From sequence record ON287372.1: DNA of 64,000 bases; one strand, written 5' to 3'. The notes below the pieces were generated by a model. It did not search any database, was not told where the DNA came from, and saw nothing but the letters and a program-made list of their open reading frames with translations. Shown one piece after another: positions 57,916 through 64,000 of this stretch. The translations under genes were made by a program, and so were the position numbers. Every line of letters starts with the position of its first letter. Position 1 is the stretch's first letter.

Positions 57916-58409
57916 TTCTGATAACTCCCATCTACCAATTCTTTCATGTTGTCAACCTTCCGATCCATTATCACCGGACCCCATTTATCAAGGCTGTACT
58001 CAGGCGTACAGTAACCGCCTTTCAATACAGTGCCTTTATACGTGGTACTGAATGTCAGACAAGGACCGAAGACATTACCCATCATTTTTACCACGGGACC
58101 GAACTGAGTATTTTCATACCCCATCAGTTCCATGTTAACCCGAATCTCTTCTACCGATTGTGGCATATTAGATTTCACCGGGTTGGGGCCGCCTCGGAAT
58201 ATGTAGTACGCAGAGCCGATAGAAGATACGATAAGGAGGGCGATAATGCCGAAATTACCCATTCTGCGTTTACGCGTTGCCTTGTGCTCCTGCAAAGCCC
58301 GGTCAATATCGGCCATGGGGTCAAGGGGAGGTCTTCCTCCATCGGGCGGCGTGTATATCTCCACGCACTTGGGTTGGAAAGGATCTTTGTCTTCCTGATC
58401 CATACTCAC
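57912..58409 (-). CDS. Single-pass membrane protein
   Basis: TM segment FGIIALLIVSSIGSAYYIF; 4-nt overlaps on both sides. Confidence 0.7.
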   Translation of the reverse strand: MSMDQEDKDPFQPKCVEIYTPPDGGRPPLDPMADIDRALQEHKATRKRRMGNFGIIALLIVSSIGSAYYIFRGGPNPVKSNMPQSVEEIRVNMELMGYENTQFGPVVKMMGNVFGPCLTFSTTYKGTVLKGGYCTPEYSLDKWGPVIMDRKVDNMKELVDGSYQK

Positions 58410-59035
58410 TCCGCAGTGATGTAGTTGAACGTACCGACCGCGCGACCTGGCAGGAAGTGGGTTTCTTTCGCCGACTCTTTCAACAGCACAGTGACGAAAG
58501 TCATCAGGCGGTACAGTTCCATGACGGTGCAGCTATCCTGAATCATGAAGTTCAGGTTAACCATTTCACCCGGCAGATCAACTTCGGCCAGTTGGGCACG
58601 AACGTTGTTCATCAGTTTGTCGACCACTTCTTCAGGGATCGTTTCGATGAAGTAGAACAGGTTTTGGGAGAACGGTTGAGCATCGCGGATTTCCATGGAG
58701 AATACCGCGACCGGAGGCATAGGGAGTTTGCTCTCTTCCAAGAACTTAGCGTACGCTTCTGGCAGGGTAACGATACCGACTGCTGGAACCTTAGAGGCGA
58801 CGTTGGCGCCGTAGGTATTAGCGATGATATCGATCATGTCCTGGAACGAATCCAGAGAACGCCAGCCGTCCATCTGAGCAGTGGTGTAGTCCGACATGTT
58901 TTCGCTGATGTCGATCTCGCTATTCAGCGGAGCCGGACGAACGTAGAAGGTCTGATGCTGGATGCTCAGGATACCACCACGATCAACTTTACCGTAAGTT
59001 TTTAACAGAGGGGCCAGGTGTTTGATAGAACGCAT
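58406..59035 (-). CDS. Hypothetical protein
   Basis: 209 aa; GGAG RBS; biased codons; downstream of the TATATCAC motif. Confidence 0.8.
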   Translation of the reverse strand: MRSIKHLAPLLKTYGKVDRGGILSIQHQTFYVRPAPLNSEIDISENMSDYTTAQMDGWRSLDSFQDMIDIIANTYGANVASKVPAVGIVTLPEAYAKFLEESKLPMPPVAVFSMEIRDAQPFSQNLFYFIETIPEEVVDKLMNNVRAQLAEVDLPGEMVNLNFMIQDSCTVMELYRLMTFVTVLLKESAKETHFLPGRAVGTFNYITAE

Positions 59036-59106
59036 ATTTGATTCTCCGAGATAGGTTATTGGGATTTTTCACTTTAAGATATATTTCATTTAATTATCTA
59101 ATGCAT

Positions 59107-59121
59107 AGTAGTGATATATAC
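59107..59121 (-). promoter_or_regulatory. Putative early promoter GTATATATCACTACT
   Basis: Exact copy of 19622-19636, upstream of the operon starting at 59035. Confidence 0.6.
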
Positions 59122-59171
59122 GTGAGAATAAATGGGAATAGGCGAAGGGGAATAAACCCCTTCGCGCTATG

Positions 59172-59333
59172 TCAGTCATTTAAGATATTGTTGATAAACA
59201 CAGTTGCCCAGCAAATCAACAGCGAAAGTATCAGGATGGGGTTATTCAAATCCATGCTGATTGCATGACCGGTGATGTAGGCCAACGCAAAGAAGAACAC
59301 CAATCGTAAAAGCCGGTGTTTAATCTTACCCAT
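59172..59333 (-). CDS. Small membrane protein with two TM helices, 53 aa (not in the ORF track)
   Basis: Read by hand: GGGAGAG RBS, then MGKIKHRLLRLVFFFALAYITGHAISMDLNNPILILSLLICWATVFINNILND*. Confidence 0.65.
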   Translation of the reverse strand: MGKIKHRLLRLVFFFALAYITGHAISMDLNNPILILSLLICWATVFINNILND

Positions 59334-59346
59334 TTAGTCACTCTCC

Positions 59347-61827
59347 CTACTGGAAGCTAATGACCTTATTTGACTCTTCCCTTGGGTCACGGTGATTGAA
59401 GTCTACTACATCAGGGAACGGTAGTGAACCGTGGGAACCGGCGTGGTGAGAGATCAAGAAGACTTGGCTGAAACGTTCATTCTCAACTGAGCCACTGATG
59501 AAGTTAATCATCTTCGCTTTATGCGCCGGTTCTAAAGGTCGATCGACTTCATCGAGGAGTAAAGGTACATTAACTTGATTAAGGTACATCATGGCGGTGA
59601 TTTTAAAAGCAAAATCAATTACGCCGATTTGTCCGTCCGAGGTTTCTTTAACATCAGGAACGATGGAATCAGATTCCGGTAAAAACACAGGGAAGACATA
59701 ACTCAATTCAGAATCGGTTGGCTTACCTACCATGACTTCCATTGGGTAAGTCCAAATCTCCGCAATGACTTCGTTCATCTGACCAACAAACGTCTCGATA
59801 AACTCAGACATTTGTTCAGCGATGATACCGGCTTTTGGGGAGAGATCCTCTACGATCTTAGAATATCCCACAATGAGGCGTTGCTGTTCTGCCAGCTGTT
59901 TCTCATTATCGGCAATCTGGTCACGTAGTGTCTTCACATCATTGAGTTGTTTACTGATGGTACCAATGTGTCCTTGTAAATCGGCAATGAGAATCTTGCG
60001 GACTTGGTTAAAGACATTGTTAATTGTACGGTGACCTTCGGTGTACAGGTTTTCGAAACGATTCTCTAACTCATCTGCTTTATCCATAAAGCGACGAATC
60101 TGATTACGTTGCTGTTCCATGCCATTCAGAACTACAATCAGACGATCTTGTTCCATAGCGTTATCCGAGAGACGCTTACGGAGCTGTTCCATCCGAAGCT
60201 TCAACTGATCTACGCCAGTAACATTATTATCTTTAAGACGTTGCAGGATAGCTTCAGTCTCATTGATAATACGCTGAGAGTTATCAATCTCAACAAAGCG
60301 TTCCAGGTCTTCGATTAGGTTGTGAGCCATACCGACAGCATTGACAGGTTGCTCTGAGATATTGAGTTCATGGTGAATGCGGTTAAACAGCTCAGAAGCT
60401 GCGCTACAACCTTTCTCCAGTGAAATCACCTCACGGTAAAGGTTACTCCACTCAACGATCTCCTGTTCCGTTACAGAGAGATCTGAGAGGTATCTATCCC
60501 CTTTTGCTATCTGTTCGTTGAGGTGTGCGATCTTAGCCACTAAACGAGGCTGATCTTCTGGACGAGTCCCAGGTGTCCATTTGTAGCTACACTGAGGGCA
60601 GTTGATCTGTTCGCCTTTGGTAAAGTGCTCCAGTTGTTCCTCGGCACGTTGGCGTTGGAATACCAAAGCGTTATAAGACTCTTTCCCAGTACGAATCTTC
60701 CGCTGAACTTCTTCCAGGTTGTTACGTGTGAATTTCCCTTCCGTATTCGGAGTCAATGAGATTAATGAATCCGACCACTTCGTGAACACGCGCTTCAACT
60801 CTTCCTTCGCTGCAGAGAAATTCATCTCTGGACTATAGATGTCTGGACGGAACATAATGTTCTCTGAGGAGTGTTCCAGACGAGCAATGCGCTTCAAGTG
60901 ATACTCACGCTCATCTTTCAACTTCTCTACGTTCTCAGCTGACGTATCCCCTAAACGTTTTACTGTATCGTCCAGGTTGTCGTATTCTTCCTGTAACGCT
61001 GCTCCTTGCGTTGTTAACCCATTAAGCGACATCTGTAGCTTTTCAATGCGTTGATTGAATGTAGCTTCATCTACAGCGTTTGCTGGGCTATCTGGAACGT
61101 AACGTCTCCATCCTTTCAAATCCCCCTCGGAAAACTTCATCCATTGACCCATAACTTGGTCAATTGTCATCGAGGTTCCGTTCTGATCGTTGTAGTCCGT
61201 TAACAGATCAGTTACCTTACCTTCGTACTCCTTCAAACGCTCTTGAAGCATGACGTACTCTTCTTCCGATAAATCCATGGTCTGTTTATTTACCAGGGAT
61301 TCTTCCAACATGCGTTTGGCGCCAGTGGCATCTCGGAGTTTGGTACGTGCCTTATTAAAGAGGCTGTAGGCCAAGGTAAGGTCTTGGTTAATAAGCTGAC
61401 TCATGACTTCTTGGCGTTTGGCTGGCGTCATGGTCGAGAATACTAAGCGGTCAGTGGCGATCTGATGCGACAGGTCGGTGATACCCAACTCTTTCTCCAA
61501 CAGATCTTTCTGCACGACTAAAGTGCCACCCTCGTTAAGGTTGACTCCTTCTTTCCAGAACTCGTGCTTACTACCAGATTTAAAATCGGAGACGCATTCG
61601 TAAGTAATGCCGTCTCGTTGTAATTTTCTACGCGATTCCCCGTTTTTGTAGAAAGAAGCGGAAGGGGAAGGGTATGATGTCAATTCGTCGAGGAGTGCAG
61701 ATTTACCTGATCCATTCGGCCCAACGATCACCTGATAGGCTGACTCGGGGGTATAGACGATTCGATCAATCAAACCAGACTTAAAGCGTTTGTTATGACT
61801 AATCGATACTTCTAACAATTTAAGCAC
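59347..61827 (-). CDS. sbcC: SbcC/Rad50-like SMC ATPase (phiKZ gp165-like)
   Basis: Walker A GPNGSGKS, long coiled coils with a central CPQC hook, signature TSDGQ, Walker B LLLDE, H-loop ISHH. Confidence 0.92.
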   Translation of the reverse strand: MLKLLEVSISHNKRFKSGLIDRIVYTPESAYQVIVGPNGSGKSALLDELTSYPSPSASFYKNGESRRKLQRDGITYECVSDFKSGSKHEFWKEGVNLNEGGTLVVQKDLLEKELGITDLSHQIATDRLVFSTMTPAKRQEVMSQLINQDLTLAYSLFNKARTKLRDATGAKRMLEESLVNKQTMDLSEEEYVMLQERLKEYEGKVTDLLTDYNDQNGTSMTIDQVMGQWMKFSEGDLKGWRRYVPDSPANAVDEATFNQRIEKLQMSLNGLTTQGAALQEEYDNLDDTVKRLGDTSAENVEKLKDEREYHLKRIARLEHSSENIMFRPDIYSPEMNFSAAKEELKRVFTKWSDSLISLTPNTEGKFTRNNLEEVQRKIRTGKESYNALVFQRQRAEEQLEHFTKGEQINCPQCSYKWTPGTRPEDQPRLVAKIAHLNEQIAKGDRYLSDLSVTEQEIVEWSNLYREVISLEKGCSAASELFNRIHHELNISEQPVNAVGMAHNLIEDLERFVEIDNSQRIINETEAILQRLKDNNVTGVDQLKLRMEQLRKRLSDNAMEQDRLIVVLNGMEQQRNQIRRFMDKADELENRFENLYTEGHRTINNVFNQVRKILIADLQGHIGTISKQLNDVKTLRDQIADNEKQLAEQQRLIVGYSKIVEDLSPKAGIIAEQMSEFIETFVGQMNEVIAEIWTYPMEVMVGKPTDSELSYVFPVFLPESDSIVPDVKETSDGQIGVIDFAFKITAMMYLNQVNVPLLLDEVDRPLEPAHKAKMINFISGSVENERFSQVFLISHHAGSHGSLPFPDVVDFNHRDPREESNKVISFQ

Positions 61828-61888
61828 GAGAATTCCTCAGTTTAAACTATTGTCTTCAACCCAATTCAATCGAGCGTAGAAATAAACC

Positions 61889-62878
61889 ATGAGTGATATC
61901 GCATCTAAGTTCTTCGGTATCGTTGCTGAGAACAAACCATTGACAACGAATAACATCATGGTGTGGCCTGTAGAGATCGCACCATGGATGCAAGGTGCTA
62001 TTCGTTCTAATCCACAGACTCTGGAGATAGAAGGTAAAGACAGTAGAGGTAATCCCGTACACGTAAAGACATTTACAGATACTGTCATTGAAGCAGAGTG
62101 GCGTGGAACTGATAGTAGCTGGACAACTGCACCTGATGTTCAACGTGGTGAGGTAGTTGAGATCATCCGTTACGCCGACCAGAACAAATACTACTGGCGT
62201 GAACGTGGTGACCAGATCAACTTACGCCGCGGTGAGACTAAACGCTTGATGGTATCAGGTAATCTCAATGCCAACGGAGAAGAGCCCAATCCAGATACGC
62301 ATTACATGATGGAGATCTCTGGACACGGTAAAGGTATTACGCTGTCTACCAGTCAGGCTAATGGTGAAGTCGCTAAATACCATCTGAATATCAACGGCGG
62401 TAATGGTCTTATTAGTTTGGCAGATGACCAGGGACAAGAGTTCTACCTTAATACCAAAGAGAAGCGTGTTCGCATGTGTAACTCAGATGGTACATTAGTA
62501 GAGATTCGCGAGAAAGATATCCTCATGAATGCGGAGGAAGACATCGGTATTGTTGCCGGTGGGAATATACTAATGGCCTGTCGTAATCTTAATCTCCAAG
62601 CTGAAGAAAGGATTGATATGGAAGCTGGTAATGAGGCTAATGTTACTGCCCAGAAGATTTCGCTCAATGGCCTGATCGCATTGAATGGACCCATTATCCA
62701 AGAAAAGTCTTCCACTGGAGATTTTACTGCTCAGATGAAGGGTCCGTTAAATGTAGAAGATGTAGTTAAAGCGAAAGACTTCGAACTCAGTAGTGGTGGC
62801 ATCACTCTGAAGTACCACGGACACAAAGATGTTCAAAATGGTACCGGTGAGTCTGGGACTTCTGTACCTAAGCGATAA
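61889..62878 (+). CDS. Baseplate central spike (phiKZ gp164-like; gpV/gp45-type)
   Basis: OB-fold-like N-terminus, beta-strand repeats and a C-terminal TLKYHGH HxH metal-binding tip. Confidence 0.75.
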   Translation: MSDIASKFFGIVAENKPLTTNNIMVWPVEIAPWMQGAIRSNPQTLEIEGKDSRGNPVHVKTFTDTVIEAEWRGTDSSWTTAPDVQRGEVVEIIRYADQNKYYWRERGDQINLRRGETKRLMVSGNLNANGEEPNPDTHYMMEISGHGKGITLSTSQANGEVAKYHLNINGGNGLISLADDQGQEFYLNTKEKRVRMCNSDGTLVEIREKDILMNAEEDIGIVAGGNILMACRNLNLQAEERIDMEAGNEANVTAQKISLNGLIALNGPIIQEKSSTGDFTAQMKGPLNVEDVVKAKDFELSSGGITLKYHGHKDVQNGTGESGTSVPKR

Positions 62879-62923
62879 CGCAAACATAGCGGAGAGGACA
62901 AAGGCCCTCTCCGCTATTTTCTT

Positions 62924-63454
62924 TTATGGCGGGTTACCGTAAACAACTCGGTCTAAGCGCAACCAACTATAAGTCTTACCATCACCCTGGTCGTCGTTAC
63001 CGTAATTCCATAACCGCAGTACTTGACCTGGTTGAACGTTACATCCCATCAATGGAGATTGTTGCTCGCCAGTATAGTCACCAGCCCTCCACTGAATACC
63101 TGGGTTGACTTCGCCAATGCCAAAGTTACCACCGGAACCATGGAGAGAACCTTGCCATTTAGAAATGTTGAAGGAGAATACAATCCCAGTAATAGGACGA
63201 TAAATCTCCAACCACCAATCCGCGTAGCAAACAGTACTTCCCCAAACAGTTCCAGGCATCCCGCCACCACGACCCCACGCCATTGTGGTCTGGTTGTAGA
63301 TAGGCATCTGTGCGTTAGCCTTATCCCAAACTGGCCACCAACGGTTGTCGCCAGCACGAACGAAGATTTGCTTAACGTTACGCCAAGCACCACCCGAGTT
63401 CACGAAGGCTTTATTACAGGGACGCCACGCGCCCCCTGAGTTGACGTAAAGCAT
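62924..63454 (-). CDS. Small tail-fibre tip/adhesin-like protein
   Basis: Tandem YVNSGGAWR/FVNSGGAWR repeats and a Trp/Gly-rich C-terminal domain; follows the fibre gene. Confidence 0.55.
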   Translation of the reverse strand: MLYVNSGGAWRPCNKAFVNSGGAWRNVKQIFVRAGDNRWWPVWDKANAQMPIYNQTTMAWGRGGGMPGTVWGSTVCYADWWLEIYRPITGIVFSFNISKWQGSLHGSGGNFGIGEVNPGIQWRAGDYTGEQQSPLMGCNVQPGQVLRLWNYGNDDQGDGKTYSWLRLDRVVYGNPP

Positions 63455-63463
63455 CCTAGCTCC

Positions 63464-63991
63464 TTAACCTAACTGGAACCAAATATGGTCAGTGGAGTAA
63501 CCGTTAACCGAACCTGGGCCGTTCCAAGATATGGTACGTTGGGCTTGCATATAACGTTTTACCGAGTATGGAGTAGCGAAGGTGTTACCGCTATTGCCAG
63601 CCAAGTTCTCCGCATCGTTAGCCGCACGCCAGTTAGGTACACTGCCCAAACCAACCTGAGCGGCGGTGACGCCGTGTGGGTTAGAACGGTTACCCGTGTG
63701 AGAGGCAATCGCTGGATCAGGGTTGTTCGAGCTATACAGCCGACCGAGCTGGGTGTTATCCACCTGAGCGATCAAGCCGCCTGTAGACCAACCGATGTAC
63801 ACGTTGTTATTCAGCATGTTGGTACCACCTCCCTGCTGAACCTGCCGCACATTAATGAGATTACCCAGACCTACCTGTGCAGCGGTTACTTCATGAGGAT
63901 TACTCTTATTGGCAATGTGCGTAGTGATCTTCGGATCGATATTCAGCGTATTGAACTTGGTAATCGCCTGCCAAGTACGCAGAGGAGTCAT
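63464..63991 (-). CDS. Short tail fibre protein
   Basis: Two H.N.SNPH.VTAAQVGLG repeats and the VQQGGG...VYIGWS...LIAQVDNTQLG fibre motif. Confidence 0.8.
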   Translation of the reverse strand: MTPLRTWQAITKFNTLNIDPKITTHIANKSNPHEVTAAQVGLGNLINVRQVQQGGGTNMLNNNVYIGWSTGGLIAQVDNTQLGRLYSSNNPDPAIASHTGNRSNPHGVTAAQVGLGSVPNWRAANDAENLAGNSGNTFATPYSVKRYMQAQRTISWNGPGSVNGYSTDHIWFQLG

Positions 63992-64000
63992 GATGACCTC

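Noticed and set aside
59038-59268. 76-aa plus-strand ORF
   Set aside because: Overlaps the promoter motif, a hairpin and a better-supported minus-strand gene; no RBS.
31488-61827. Inteins in beta', UvsX or SbcC
   Set aside because: Lengths fit the expected proteins and no C/S...HN-C/S/T splice motifs or LAGLIDADG blocks were seen.
1-64000. CRISPR arrays, tRNA or rRNA genes, IS elements, integrase
   Set aside because: No regularly spaced repeats, cloverleaf with T-loop/CCA, transposase or recombinase motifs were seen by eye; a tRNAscan run would be needed to exclude tRNAs fully.

Overview
This 64 kb window is from a phiKZ-like (Chimalliviridae-type) jumbo myophage, most likely infecting an enterobacterium. 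Most genes lie on the minus strand. Core phiKZ-family genes are recognisable in conserved order: head maturation protease, four split virion RNA polymerase subunits (beta N, beta C, beta' N, beta' C), a 2213-aa tail protein with a C-terminal lytic transglycosylase, a UvsX-like recombinase, RNase H, an SbcC-like ATPase and an HxH-tipped central spike. Main observations: (1) The virion RNAP beta gene is interrupted by a 1683-nt group I intron (26415-28097) carrying an HNH homing endonuclease in the P1 loop; splice sites, IGS and P/Q/R/S elements are readable in the sequence. (2) A tandem array of tailspikes (5.9-16.6 kb) shares one N-terminal anchor and appears to be contracting: one gene looks like an in-frame fusion of two spikes and one is frameshifted and truncated. 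(3) A putative adaptor gene sits just upstream of the array. (4) A recurrent S-x-E|A/S motif suggests the head protease also cuts the virion RNAP beta subunit. (5) A hairpin+TATG intergenic element and a TATAT(C/T)AC promoter-like motif recur. Family assignments and phiKZ gene numbers come from motif recognition and recall, not database searches.
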